This document shows positions 37,001 through 50,300 of a stretch of 64,000 nucleotides of DNA, one piece after another. Each line of letters opens with the position of its first letter. Position 1 is the stretch's first letter. The DNA is taken from assembly GCF_033153115.1 (NCBI RefSeq), contig NW_026889754.1, positions 14,632,001 through 14,696,000 of the forward strand, in the 5' to 3' direction. The notes under the pieces are model-generated. The model had not been told where the DNA came from and made no database searches. It saw only the letters and a list, made by a program, of their open reading frames with translations. The translations under genes and the position numbers were made by a program. Source of the DNA: Saccostrea echinata (taxonomy: Eukaryota).

Positions 37001-38590
37001 TTTCACAAAACCCTGATGGTATGCTCTACTTTGATCAAGAAGTGAGAACCAGCGACTTCCTCCCAAGGAATAAAGTGCATCCTGTACTCGTGGAATTGGA
37101 TGTTGGTTGTGGACAGTTTTTGCGTTTAACTTCCTATAGTCAACACATAAACGGAGTGATCCGTCCTTCTTCCTTACACACACAATAGGACTAGAGTATG
37201 GGGATGTTGATCTTCGAATCCAACGTTTCTGTAACAAGTTGTCAATATAATCTTTAACTTCTTGGTAAAGAGGCCTCGGTACAGCCATGTAAGAACTATG
37301 CACTGGTTCTTTGTCCATCAGTTCTAACTCCAACTGCAGATCCACGGCACAACCGATATCATCATCATCACATGTAAACGCCTCACATTCCTCCCTCAAT
37401 AGCTCCTGGACTTTCTTTTTCTGGTCTGGGGTAAGGGAACAGTTTGAAAGATCAACAGGCGGATCCCACTTTTCACAATTTTTAGTACTCACTTTATTTA
37501 CTACTGTCTGAACACTATTAGATCCTGTAGTCTCAACGTGAATTGACGAACAAATCCTTTCAACATGTCCTAAGGGTGTTCCTTTTGGGAGGACAGAGTC
37601 CATTTTGGATGGATTAGACAACAACAATTTGACGTGTCTAGTACGCTTTGGCTTCACATCAATGAGCATTTCCTGTGATGTAACTCCATAGGCATCCAAT
37701 TCTTGAGACGGAATGAAGACAGCCTAAGTGCCATGCTGAAGTTGTCTGGTCTTGAATGGTACTTTGACGATTATCGACGACTGCCTTGGTACGGTTATAT
37801 TCCTGCGTCTTACCTTGACCATTCCCAGTATTTCGGCTTCCGTGTCTTTCAACTCCCGGTAGAGGGCGTTGACCTGAGCCTCATCAGCCGCTGGAAGAGT
37901 ACACTTTAACAAGTCAACAGCATCACTACTATGTACAGTTTGTAACAGGTGTTGTATAATATTATACCCAAGAATAGGTTCATTCATACCAGATACATTG
38001 GTGATCAGAAAAGGCACCTGAATTTCACTACCTTGTTTTAACAATTTCAAACTGACAGTAAGAACACCTTCAATAGGTATATCTGAGCCCGAGGCAGATA
38101 CTAATGAAAATTTCTCTGACTGTAAAAATTCTTCAACACTCTTAACACTTTCAACTACATCTGGACAATAATTCATGACCCATGACTTACTTAACAGTGA
38201 AACTTGGGCCCCTGTATCCCACAATGCTTTCACAGGTTTCTCATTCAATAATACACAAACATGACATGGCTTACTGACAAGTTTTACAATGTTCGGCCCA
38301 ATATCATAAACATCACCTTTGATTTCATTTACAGAAATTGTAGAAAAATTGTTAGGTTGACATTCAGCAAAAAATTTTGTGTTCATATATTTGACAGCAT
38401 TACAAATTTTCTTATGTTCAACCCAATGTGCTTTGTGACAATTTACACTACAATATGTGGCTAAATGACAACTTGTGCAAACTTTGATAGTTTCACTTGA
38501 CAATTGACGATGACATGATAAACAACTCTTGGGACATTCCATTTGCTGGGCCGCCAACTGTCCCTCTAAGACGACCCGCTGCGGTTTCCC
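34019..38590 (-). pseudogene. Gypsy pol: zf-MYND, protease, RT, RNase H, integrase (several stops and frameshifts)
   Basis: CLSC..CTSC..YCSVNC..HW..HKKIC; WDTGAQVS; LRLCVDYR; YLDD; IDAS; IDFL..DQGREF..NGQVERFN; GPGKL. Confidence 0.93.
38531..38590 (-). promoter_or_regulatory. -1 programmed ribosomal frameshift signal (slippery heptamer plus H-type pseudoknot)
   Basis: G_GGA_AAC in the gag frame, 6-nt spacer, stem1 GGGTCGTC/GGCGGCCC, stem2 GGGACA/TGTCCC; pol is in the -1 frame. Confidence 0.8.
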
Positions 38591-39795
38591 GACGGCTGAG
38601 ACTTCCTGTTTGGGCACTGTTGTCGACGATGACCGGATCCACCACATGTCCAGCAGTGGTCGCAACGCTTGCCGGTGGCTTGGCAGTCGGCACATCCTGG
38701 TCTGCTCCTTGCGTTTACTGGTTGCGTCCTCACATCACTTTGGGAATGTCCTACTAGTTCCTTCAGTTTATTCATCTCGAGCCGTAAAGATTTAATTTCA
38801 CTCGCAAGGTCATTTTTCACGGCCTCTTTCACAGAGTTGATCTCCAAGGTAGAGTTAATTTGAGACACCGAGTGTTTAGATTGGAGTTTGTTAAGTCTTT
38901 CACTCTCTTGTATAAGAATCTGATTCAGCTCATGCATGAGCTCTGCATCTGATATAGTCACTTTGTCCAAATGTTTCCTCATCTCATGTCGTAATGTTGT
39001 GTCCCGTAACCCTGTGTAAACTGTTCTTCTGAATAGACCAGCAACCAGTTCTGGACTGTATTTGAGTTCACTGTTGTCTTCCTGCGAAGCAAACAGAATC
39101 CGGTTCCTGAGGTCCATCACACGCAAAAGGAAATCATTAGGGTTTTCCTTCGGATTTTGGGTCGCGCTGGCAAGTTCACTGTACAACTCAGTAGCATTTT
39201 TTTCTGCATAGTGTCCTCTTAGAATACTCCTCAGAGTAGCCAGATTTATGTCAGGTCGTCCATCAAGGTAACTACGAAGACTCGAGGATGGAACAACTGC
39301 CTTGATCACCCCATCAATAATGTCAACCTCCGAATATCCCTTCTGTTTACCAGTTTCAATTTGTCGAATTAGGCTTGTGTAAGATATCCCTGCCTTACAA
39401 TCAACCTGGCCACTGATTTTAAAGTCCTTATGTAGCTTTACCGCTGTGGGATTTTCTTTCTTGACTTCTGGTTTCTTTTCTTTTACTTCTTCAGAAATCC
39501 CTGGAGACTTAATGTCCTTCCCACTTTCAGTTTCCGCTTTCATACCCACAGTTTTTTCAAGTTCTTTCTGAGCTGCCTCTGCTAAAGTATATTTTACTGA
39601 GAGCAATGTGGTTCCAGACTGTGCACCTTCCATCTCCTTCATGAAGAATTTATCTGCCTGCATAGCCACCACTAGTCGACCCTTGGAAGCGTCAACAGTC
39701 TCCCCGAATTCCTCCAGAATTCCTTTCAGTACGTCCAGTGGTGCCATCATCAGCTTTGATCTCACCTCCAACATTTCCTCTGTCAACTCTGCCAT
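38566..39795 (-). CDS. Gypsy Gag (PNMA-like capsid, C-terminal zinc knuckle), open 409 aa
   Basis: ATG just after the PBS; LASATQNPKENPNDFLLRVMDLR; CWTCGGSGHRRQQC. Confidence 0.9.
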   Translation of the reverse strand: MAELTEEMLEVRSKLMMAPLDVLKGILEEFGETVDASKGRLVVAMQADKFFMKEMEGAQSGTTLLSVKYTLAEAAQKELEKTVGMKAETESGKDIKSPGISEEVKEKKPEVKKENPTAVKLHKDFKISGQVDCKAGISYTSLIRQIETGKQKGYSEVDIIDGVIKAVVPSSSLRSYLDGRPDINLATLRSILRGHYAEKNATELYSELASATQNPKENPNDFLLRVMDLRNRILFASQEDNSELKYSPELVAGLFRRTVYTGLRDTTLRHEMRKHLDKVTISDAELMHELNQILIQESERLNKLQSKHSVSQINSTLEINSVKEAVKNDLASEIKSLRLEMNKLKELVGHSQSDVRTQPVNARSRPGCADCQATGKRCDHCWTCGGSGHRRQQCPNRKSQPSGNRSGSS

Positions 39796-42305
39796 GATAA
39801 GATCCCTGACGAGCCCCCAAAATGTTACCCTGGCCTGGCAGAATCTAAAAAGAACAGGAGAAGTGAAGTACGTTACGTTTATTTGGCGGGTTTCAGCAAC
39901 AATAAAAGTCTAACACAAGATATGCATTATTATACATACATACACTCATTTAGTCTAGGGGATTTACAACTACTAATTTACTATGACATCAAAATATCAC
40001 TGACTAGAATAAAACATGTGGCTAGTAGATTCCGTTTGATAAGTTATCAATAAAATATTTTATAATACTATATCTTTATGTCCGAAACAGCCAAAACACA
40101 TTTACATCTGTATTTGTTGACGTTTCGTCTCAAACCGGAAACAGATTACACTACTCTAAAACATGACTCTAATCCGTGCAACTCAACTAATTCCGGAAAC
40201 AAATGAAATTGTATATATTCTTTAGAAAATCAAATCTATATGTTTAGCAAATACTTTCTGTGATTATAACATAACAATTCTGTACATATAACCTGTTCAC
40301 TATTGTTTAAACTCAAAATAAAGACTTTTCACTGAACTCTACCCACGTGACTAGACCATGCTGCATCAAAATACTAACGAATACATTGAAATTGACCTAA
40401 TCGCAATATTTTGAGAAACAAAATGTCTTATATCAAACATATTATATATCAAGAAAACAGTTACAAACATGTTAACATGTACAAATTTATGTTCTTACCT
40501 AAAAAGAACAGGAGAGGTGAAGTACGTTACGTTTATTTGGCGGGTTTCAGCAACAATAAAAGTTTAACCCAAGATACCCCACATTCCGGATTTACACACA
40601 TGCAAGAGTTATCTCTCTTTGATCATAAATTCTATAACAGACTAATAGATTATACAAAAAAATGGGGGTGGCTGAAACCCAATATAAACTACGTCACACA
40701 AAATTATGACCAGGACGTTATAGCATTTTATATACCGTTATCCCCCCCCCCCCAACCTTGAGTGCAGGAGGGTAATGATTACTCAATTTCTGTTTTCCGA
40801 ATTATATTTTGTGACTTTTACCTCTTTCCAAAGGTCCTAGTTCCATTCCAAGAACATTGAAAAAAAATGCACAACAAAGGTGATGCAGCGTATAAAATTT
40901 GAAAATCCATTATTTTAAATATTTACCTATTGTCTTCAAGGAAGATTGTCCATCGGATCACCACAGTCATATCTTATCTCCTCCCCTCTATCAATATCCC
41001 CTTCTTGCAAAGAGGCAAACCCTGGGGTAGTTGTTAAACACTTTTAACTTCTCATAACAGCATTATTTTTGGGGTCGTCTATAGATGCATCATTAACGTA
41101 CTTTCCCAGCCTTTGGAAACTGTAAGATGCATCAATGCTTAAAAAAAAATAATGAAAGCAAAACGTACCATAAATAAAAAGTTTAAATTTACATATACAC
41201 AAAAGGATTTCTATGTCAGATGAAGTATTATTGCTGCAGGAACAATACAGGTGTTATGCAACATATATCACGATATTGTGGGCACAATATATGAATCGCA
41301 ATGTATTTTTCCCAAAAGATTTTGTTTCATACAAATAATAAAAATCCCCGCCACAGCATGATACGCCGTCAAAAATTGTTTAATTATCATAAATATTTTA
41401 GAGTGCAAGAAAATCATCTTATTATTTAGACTAAAAATGTCATCATAACACTCTGCAATTTGTTGTAAAGATACGAAAATTAAAATATAAAATATTATTT
41501 GATTATATAATTAGTTTCCATCACTTGTATATTATACAATTTCAAATTAGTTTCAATAAAATTATAAAATATCAAATTAGCTTTAAATAAATTATACATT
41601 ATCAATTTAGTTTAAACTACTTGACACTAAATTTATCTTGAAAGATTAGCGAACAAGAAAGTCGACTTTTGCACACGGCGAGCAGTTTTGACACTGTTTA
41701 CGGAAATAAAAGAAAATAAAGACAAGCATGCCATACATGTATATGGTTGTGTAGATAAATTATCGTAGAAGACAATGGTAATAAACAGTTTGCCAGAGCA
41801 TTTCCTCTGAAAGTGTACACGAGTGTGATTCTGGTGAGGGGGTGTGCTTCATGTAATTTCTTCATAAGCTTCATGCTACAAATTTTAAAGACTGAGATTT
41901 TTAACCGTACAATTTTCTCTGGTGAGGGGAGGGACTTTGTTTTTACATAGAGGCAATGACATTCGTGCAGATCGTGTATGGCGATAATCCGTATACACAC
42001 ACAGTATACATAGGAAGTCCATATTACCTGTGGGGACTTTCATACATACTTTTCTAACAGAAGATGACATTTTTAATCATAAGCTAGCTTATTGTGAAAA
42101 AAAAATATTATAGCATTATAAATGACTCTCAATTTTTATGTATTATCAAGCAAACAGCATATAGACCTCTATAAATACAGCGATATTTACAGCAATGTGT
42201 AGACACGAGTCTTGTCATGTAATGTGGGAAATTCTGAAATATCAATGTATGTGTATTTGATTTCAATTATTTATTAAAGTTGTTATATAGTGCCTAAAAA
42301 GGTAA

Positions 42306-42945
42306 AACAACAGGTGGTGGCCAATGGCCCTATAATTCCTAAAATGATGGGGACATTTTGAAATTTAAGGGACCTAGAGGAAATATATAATGGCAACACC
42401 CTTCATCGAAATCAAAAACTGATACACAGAATTATGAATCTTAAGTGTAGTGTACTTGTGTGCCAAGTTATATTGAAATCAGACCAAAACTGTAGGAGTA
42501 GCGATTTTGAAAAATTGTTTACAGACGGATTGATTGATTGATTGATTGTATATTGTTTTACGTCCCATTCGAGAATTTTTCACTCATATAGAGACGTCAC
42601 CATATTTCGGTGAAGGGCTTCAAATTTTGACCTATACTCGGCACTCAGGGCCATTGAGCAGTGAGGGATCTTTTTGTGCCAACGCCTGCCGTGACACGGG
42701 GCCTCGGTTTTTAAGGTCTCATCCGAAGGACCCGCAACTTTCATTTCAAAGTGCCGAGCGCATGGCGAAGGAACAGTTGCTACCTATTTTTTTTATCGAC
42801 TTAGGTCTGTCGCGGCCGAGATTCGAACTCACGACCTCCCGATCACGGAGCGAGCGCTCTACCGACTGAGCTACCGTGAACGGTGTTTACAGACGGACAA
42901 CTTACTATCGCATAAGCTCTTCTGGTCTCTGACCAGTAGAGCTAA
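42306..42945 (-). mobile_element. Short Helentron-type non-autonomous element (host of the SINE at 42530)
   Basis: Terminal palindrome agctcttctggtc/gaccagtagagct (42915-42943), cagacgga microsatellite remnant, aacaacagg..ggccaatggcc hairpin at the other end. Confidence 0.55.
42530..42884 (-). mobile_element. tRNA-derived SINE, full length
   Basis: 13-bp TSD gtttacagacgga (42517-42529, 42885-42897); (CAAT)n tail; A/B boxes. Confidence 0.92.
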
Positions 42946-43835
42946 TGAAAGTTTATGAATCGCTGATTTTAACATGAATTGCAAAATAAGTGTTGACTTT
43001 TTCAAAACAGAACAGTAATGCATGCTAAGAGATCGACAAACGGTACAAACTTTATACCAATAAACTTCGATTCCGGGTGCATAATAACAGCAGAAGAGTT
43101 CGAACTTAACGAGTGTCCAAAATACGTGTTAATGAATGCAATATTCAATAGGTCAAAGTTATAATTTTGTTTGATGGGAAAATACAATTTGTTGATGCAT
43201 GTTGTTGCCGTTGGTAGTTCCCCGGCATCTACAAAAGTGAGGGAGGGGCGGATGGAAAAGCCTAGGAGGGGTTCATTTTCGTATCAAGTAAAAAACGCCA
43301 TAATGCTCTCCATTTTTATGTTCTCCCTTCTTCCAGCTGTAATAACAAAGTTAAAAAAATAAGTTTTAAAAAATACATAAAAGGATCAGGAAAAAAAATC
43401 AGACTTGAACAAGTCTCTATGTTTTGGTGCTCTCATTTTAATAATGTAACATATTTGACATAAAGAAAGATGGGATTCACAAAGAAACATAATACGATAT
43501 TCAGCTATTCCATTGTATCTTTAAATTTCCTCATAAGTATATACCCGATATGGCTGAGAGGGCTTTGATTTTTCAAACATTGTAGTTGATGCTCTTTGAC
43601 TATCTTTGGCGTTTTATCCTGCGGCTGATTTATTTTTATCCTGGATTATTTATTAGTTTCCTCCTCCTCAGAGACAGACCATTCTGACAAAGGAGGGAGT
43701 GGTGGTGGGATTCTTTGGATTTTGTTTTCCTTTCCTTGAAGACTTTCGCACAACAACCTTTGGCCTTTTCTGACAGATTCCCCATCTTCAGTCTTTTTGA
43801 CTCACTGATTCATCATCTTCAATCTCGACTGTCAA

Positions 43836-43978
43836 GGTAGCTCAGTCGGTAGAGCTCTCGCTCCGTGAGTTATAATCTCGGCCGCGACTGACCCAAGTCG
43901 ATAAAAAAAAAAAAACAGGTAGCAACTGTTCCTTTGCCATGCGCTCGACACTTTGAAGTGAAAGTTGTGGGACCTTCG
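43836..43978 (+). mobile_element. 5' fragment of the same SINE family
   Basis: ggtagctcagtcggtagagc..ggccgcgactgac..ggtagcaactgttcc..gaagtgaaagttg matches the 62583 copy. Confidence 0.8.
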
Positions 43979-43981
43979 AGT

Positions 43982-44175
43982 AATCTAACAACCAAGCTTT
44001 ATGATAAACGTAATGACTTTAACTTTTCAATCGTCAACTTCCTTTACTTATGCAGCAATATACCTTCATCACCTGCATACGGGGTTTATATCTTTCAGTT
44101 GATTCGATACACAAGAGCATGCTCTACGTATGTAAAATTTCTAAAACGAGATAAATTAGTGACAAACAAGTTGAA
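43982..44175 (+). pseudogene. Penelope-like element RT C-terminal fragment
   Basis: TKLYDKRNDFNFSIVNF..SNIPSSPAYGVYIFQLIRYTRACS motif. Confidence 0.8.
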
Positions 44176-44189
44176 AAAAGTTCGTCATT

Positions 44190-46873
44190 GTTTCGACCAT
44201 GGAAATTCTTTAAAAGGTTTAGCAAGAAGCATGTTAGTTTCAGAGGGGATAAATCTTCTATCCAAGACATTTTTAAACAAGAGGCCCAAGGTCCTTAACG
44301 GTCACCTGAGTATAATACAACAATTTAGAAGTTAAATACACTGACAGATGAAGCTTTGTTGCCCTAAAGCAAGAGAAGTAGGAAGATCAGGATCAACAAA
44401 ATAATTAGTCTAGTATTCAGTATCAACTCATAACTTAAGTTCAAATCTGTCCCCCACTTAATATTATCACCATGCAGACTATTAACAAACTAATAGTGCT
44501 TTCTGTACTATTTTTAAACCCATATTAAGACCTCTTGCATTGACCTCTCTTATGGTCTTTGAAGAACTTTTAATAAGATAAGTTATTTTTGTCTCATTTT
44601 TATTTATCTATTACTTACAGGTCTGCCTGATTATTAAAACTAAGAAAGTACTTTTTGAATTATACGATAAACATTCTTGCATAATTATCTTATTCTATTA
44701 ATCTTTCAAATACATTATTTACAGTGATTAATTATCAAAGGTGAATGGAAAAGGGGAATAACTTCTCTCAGTAGAATATAAATTAATAGAGCCCCGTCGA
44801 GGACCAGAATGCTTAGACAAATTGTCCAGATGTTCAAAAATCTGGTAGAAATACACTTACTTATATCATTTAAACTTTTACTCAGTTTGCTTTCGATATG
44901 CCCAGAAGCAGAGAAGAATTTCACAGGTACAATGTATTTTCACTACAGATTCAACAAAGCCTTACCCTAACACCAGAACCCAAGACCAAAGGTCAAGAAA
45001 TTTACAAATTTGGAAGAGTTACCCTCATCATCATAACTATGGACTTCAAAGAATTAACACTTTTCCACTATATTATCAAAAGCCCCTCCCCCCCCCCCTT
45101 CCTCGTTATGCCAGAACCCCTGACCCTAGGACCACAAGATTTAAAAATTCTGTTCAAAGCTCCCATCTTCATCATAGCTAAGCAATTTATTTATCAGCTC
45201 AACACTAAGGAACAGACAGGATTAGTTAATGATTAATTAATAGAATTCATGCATTTTCACTATATAGTCAATAGAGCCCCCCTCCCCCCCCCCTCCTCAA
45301 GAACCCCAAAAACTGAGGCCATGTATCTAAAAATTTTGGAAGAGGCATCCTTGCCTATCATAATCATGCACTTAGTTTGTTTAAATAATATCCAGTAGCA
45401 AAGAAGAAGATTTTCATAGAATCAATGCATTTTCACTATATAATCAATAGAGCCCCGCCCTAAAACCGGAACCCCTGACCCTGGGGCCATGAAATTCACA
45501 ATTTTTAAAAAAGGCATCCTTATGCATCATAACCATGCACTTAGTTTGTTTAAATAATCTCCAGTAGCAGAGAAGAAGATTTTCAAAGAATCAATGCATT
45601 TTCACTATATAATCAATAGAGCCCCACCCTAACACCAGAACCCCTGACCCTGGGGCCATGAAATTCACAATTTTTGAAAAGGCATCCTTATGCATCATAA
45701 CTATGCACTTAGTTTGTTTAAATAATACCCAGGAGCAGAGAAGAAGATTTTCAAAGAATTAATGCATTTTCACTATATAGTCGATAGAGCCCCACCCTAA
45801 CACCAGAACCCCTGACCCTGGGGCCATGAAATTCACAATGTGGGAAGAGGCTCTCTTGCTCATCATAACTATGTACTTAGTTACTTAATTTAATACCCAG
45901 GAGCAGAGAAGATTTTCAAAGAATTAATGCATTTTCTCTAGATAGTTGATAGAGCCCCGCCCTAACACCAGAACCCCTGACCCTGGGGCCATGACATTCA
46001 CAATTTTGGAAGAGGCACTCTTGCTCATCATAACTATGTACTTAATTACTTTACTTAATACCCAGGGGCAGAGAAGAAGATTTTCAAAGAATTAATGCTT
46101 TTTCACTATATAATCTATAGAACCCCTGACCCTGGGGCCATGAATTTCACAATTTTGAAAGAAGCACTCTTGCTCATCATAACTATTTTCAAAGAATTAA
46201 TGCTTTTTCACTATATAATCTATAGAACCCCTGACCCTGGGGCCATGAATTTCACAATTTTGAAAGAAGCACTCTTGCTCATCATAACTATGTACTTAGT
46301 TACTTTATTTAATACCCAGGAGCAGAGAAGAAGATTTTCAAAGAATTAATGCATTTTCACTATATAATCAATAGAGCCCCGCCCTTACACCAGAACCCCT
46401 AACCCCGGGGCCATGAATTTCACAATTTTGGAAGAGGTACTCTTGCTCATCATAACTATGTACTTAGTTACCTTATTTAATACCCAGGAGCAGAGAAGAT
46501 TTTCAAAGAAATAATGCACTTTCACTATATGATCTATATAGCCCCACCCTGGGGCCAGAACCCCTGACCCTGGGGCCATGAATTTCACAATTTTGGTAGA
46601 GGGATCAATGCTTATTACAATGATGCCAACAGTTTGACTGCTTGATGTCCAGGAGTAAAGAAGAAGATTTTTAAAGATTGCATTATTTTTGGTGGTTTTA
46701 GCCCCACCCCTCAGGCCCCAGGGGGGCAGGGACCATGAAATTCACAATTTTTGTTCCCCTTCACCCATAGATGCTATATGCCAAATTTGGTTGAAATTGG
46801 TTAAGCGGTTTCAGAGAAGAAGCTAAAAATGTTCAAATGTTAACGCACGACGCACGCCGACGGACGAGAACGG

Positions 46874-46914
<41 letters not shown>

Positions 46915-47186
46915 ATTAGATAGAGTTTTTGGCAATGTAGCCTCAGGCGAAAGGCTTGTGCAGTCATTTTACAATGATTGCCAAAAAGAGGGTGAATCTA
47001 TTGTTGTATATGCTTCACGATTAGAAGACACTTTGTCAAAAGCCATACAATTTGATCATATAGGTACTGAAGCAAAAGATAGAATGTTTCGAAGCAAATT
47101 TTTGACAGGGTTATGTATTCAACAATTAAAAGAAAGTATAAGACATCTGTTTGACTCAATTAAAAATTTTGAATTCTTTTTTTGCT
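44190..47186 (+). pseudogene. PNMA-like Gypsy gag fragment split by the insertion 44276-46912
   Basis: SLKGLARSML before the insertion; LDRVFGNVASGERLVQSFYNDCQKEGESIVVYASRLE..SKFLTGL after it. Confidence 0.7.
44276..46912 (-). mobile_element. Non-autonomous Helentron-type element with a ~168-bp satellite array
   Basis: Perfect palindrome taggtcacctgagt-g-actcaggtgaccta (46881-46909), GACG microsatellite, ggggccatgaa units ~168 bp apart (45483, 45652, 45820...), sub-TIR ggtcacctgagt and aacaagaggccc end at 44276. Confidence 0.9.
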
Positions 47187-47346
47187 AGTTTATTCCTTGT
47201 TGGCACTGCCGTTGCATATATTTTAAAATGGTCAGTTATTACTACAATATTTTCAAACCGACCTTTTAACTTCTCTAATGTTAAAGAAATCAATGCACAT
47301 TATTTCTAAAGGTTTATTAGTTTGTATATTTACAAGATTAGCTCTA

Positions 47347-50300
47347 GGTAGCATCCACAAGTCAAATCACGTAATTACGTAACGCTATGTGACTCTTTAC
47401 AAAACGATGTTTTTTCAAACCCCAAATTTTACTGCTTTTTCCCTCTCAATGATTATAACAAGAATAGAGATATAACATAATTTATTAAACTTTGTCAAAT
47501 GCATTTTATTATATTGATTTACCTCTCCTATATATATATATTTACATCAAATCAAAAATCACGTTTGAATGCAAAACCTACACCTGAAATATAGTAGGTA
47601 GTAATTGTCGCGCTTTTTCATTCGGCTGTTTCCAGGACAACAAAGGTGCGTGAGAATTTTGTTTAATAAAAACAGACGCTGGAGAATTTGCAGAACAAAA
47701 TGATACCAAACAGTATATTACAGATGCAAATATTACCATGATAAAAGACTGCATAAAGTAAGTAGTTTTCAAACAAACTTTTCACACTTTTCTAGAACAG
47801 GTTGCATATGTGTTATAATATTATCCAAGGATATATTAGGGGGGACAACTCTTAAAAGCTTCAATATGGGGTACCCTATGGGGGATTTTCGTCTTTTAAA
47901 TGATATTATCGCCTCTTCAATAATGTTGTATAAGCAAATACTATAACAGAGTGTATTGCCGGGAGTTATTTTTTTTTTTTTTTTTTTTTGAAATAGGAAT
48001 TTAGAAAAATAAAATGATTAAATAAATAAAAAAAAAAGATAAATAAATATTTCAATACAATAAAAAAAATAATAATAATAATTTCATTCATAAATTCAAC
48101 AAATAGGAAGATGAAAAAAAAAATCAAATTGTGGTTTGATTATGAAAACTACACTCTTTGCTCATACACTAGTTGAAAAAAAAATGTGTGATAAATAAGA
48201 TTGAATCATTTTAAAAACACGGATTAATGAAAGATTAAATATGACACAGTTCAAGTATAATGCCAAGAAAAATCAAGATACAAGGTACTCATGGAAGTGG
48301 AACTTTTCAAACAGGAAACAAAAATCACATATAACAATACCTCAATTAGTGTCAGTCATCTAAAGGGGGGGGGGGGGTAGAGTAGATGACTTTTACTTGT
48401 TGAATTCATTCATAAAAAAAAATGTTTGTATTTTTCTTTTAAAAACTATATGTCTTGGACTTTTGAATGTAATTTTGGATTACATGCATTCTGAAAATAT
48501 AACGGAATTCACTTAAATGAAAAATACGAGCTGTATTTCATTTTAAAGTTGCAGGAATATGAAAACGCTCTGAGCACTTTGGTACAAACCTTAAAAATCT
48601 AAGGTCAATTTTTGCTAAATAAAGAAAACAAGTAAACAAATTATACATTATAAAAAAAATTTTTTAAACTAATAAAAAAATCAGGGGCATTGAAAAAACA
48701 TTATTGGGTAGGGGCACTTTTGACTGGTTTGTTGAAGTACATCAAACAGATCTATTCTTTGTTGTTTTGTATGCTGTAAGGGTCTTGGTAAATATAAATG
48801 TTGTAAAAACTATTAATACAGAAGAACGAAGAACAAACATTTTTAAGTACAAATGTAATATTTTTTTTTAGAACTTGGTGGAAAATCTATCTTATCGCTA
48901 TTATTATTCAACAAGCTGATCAAAAGATGTCCTGCACTACCCCTAGGATTTTAAATTCTGATGTCATAAGCTTTAAAAGAGCACATGGGGCATCCCAAAC
49001 TGCCCAGTGGATTGTATCACATTCTGATAATTGTAATCTGACATCAATAAAAGTGGCTATTGGTCAATTGTGGTCGGAATAAAAAAAAAACTCAGAAAGA
49101 ACGAATCTAAATCTGAAGGTAGCAGAAAGTTTACAGAGTTTCTAGAAACAGAATGTGCTCCTCCTAAAGTATTAAATACAGTGACTCCCAATATGCCGGA
49201 AGCTACATATCTGATCAGCTCTAGCGGTGATGCCTTGTCTACAGCAATGTCCATTGCTAACTCAGTGTTCATAGAAAACCAGAATCTGCTGAAGGAGAAA
49301 ATATCCTTAAGGTCTGAGTTGACTGAAACAATATCTAACATGCAGACGCTCAACATAAAATCGGAAGATGTAACAAAGCAAAATAGAGTGCTACATGAGA
49401 AACTGAAATCATCAAATCAAGCTGTCAAACGCACTAAACGGAGAGAGAACTACTGGAAAACTAAATGTACAAAACTGGGGACATCAGATGACACATCAAA
49501 AGAAGACTACCAACAACTTCTAAATGAGCTACAAGCTGAAAATGATCACCTCAGAATCACTGTCAATGAGCTTCAACATACTCTTAGGGAAAAGGATGAT
49601 GAGATTTCCTATCTCATGGAGCAGCTGCATGAGGGAGCTGACAATAAAGTCATCGGTCTATTTGACAAGAAAGAGAAAGCATTCACTCCAGAACTCCATT
49701 TCTGTGTGTACTCTCTTCTTCAACACAATGTCCCTTCAACACAAATTGGTAAGTATCTAAGAATGTTTGCAGTTCTGATTTGCTTTATTACTATATGCAT
49801 CAACATAAAGTAAATGTACATTTTACGTAGATTTAGGACCAACGATAGAAGTTTGTTTGAAGTTAGCAGGTAAAGAACCCAACCGCCTTCCATCTCCATC
49901 AACTGTTGCCAATATGAACATTCAAAGACTCTGTCTAGCCAAAAAACAACTGTAAGAAGAAATGTCAGAAAAACAACACAACTTTGCACACTGACGAAAC
50001 ATCAAAGGTTGGCATCAAGTATGGCGGATTTTCTGTTCGTGATGAAGAAGGTAATTATTTTGCATTAGGACTTCGTGAAATGACTACAAAATCAGCACAA
50101 AATACACTGGATACATTTAAGGGAATTTTACAGGATATTTCTGACACCAACAAGGAAACTTATAAGAATGCTGGAAACAAAATTCTTTGTAATATACAAA
50201 ATACGATGAGTGACCGTGCTGCTGCAGAATTGAAGTTTTAATGAGCTATTGGAAAGTTACAGAGCAGAGTTGCTGCCACAGATTCGGGTGTATTATAACA

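Larger units (their letters stand above)
32693..40698 (-). mobile_element. Gypsy LTR retrotransposon, complete, 8.0 kb
   Basis: 876-bp LTRs (32693-33568, 39823-40698) differing at ~7 positions; 4-bp TSD CAAA (32689-32692, 40699-40702); PBS TGGGGGCTCGTC (tRNA-Pro) at ~39808-39819; PPT next to 33569. Confidence 0.95.

Noticed and set aside
42546-42869. ORFs overlapping SINEs (also 54675-54899, 62563-62802, 30894-31091)
   Set aside because: Chance frames in SINE sequence
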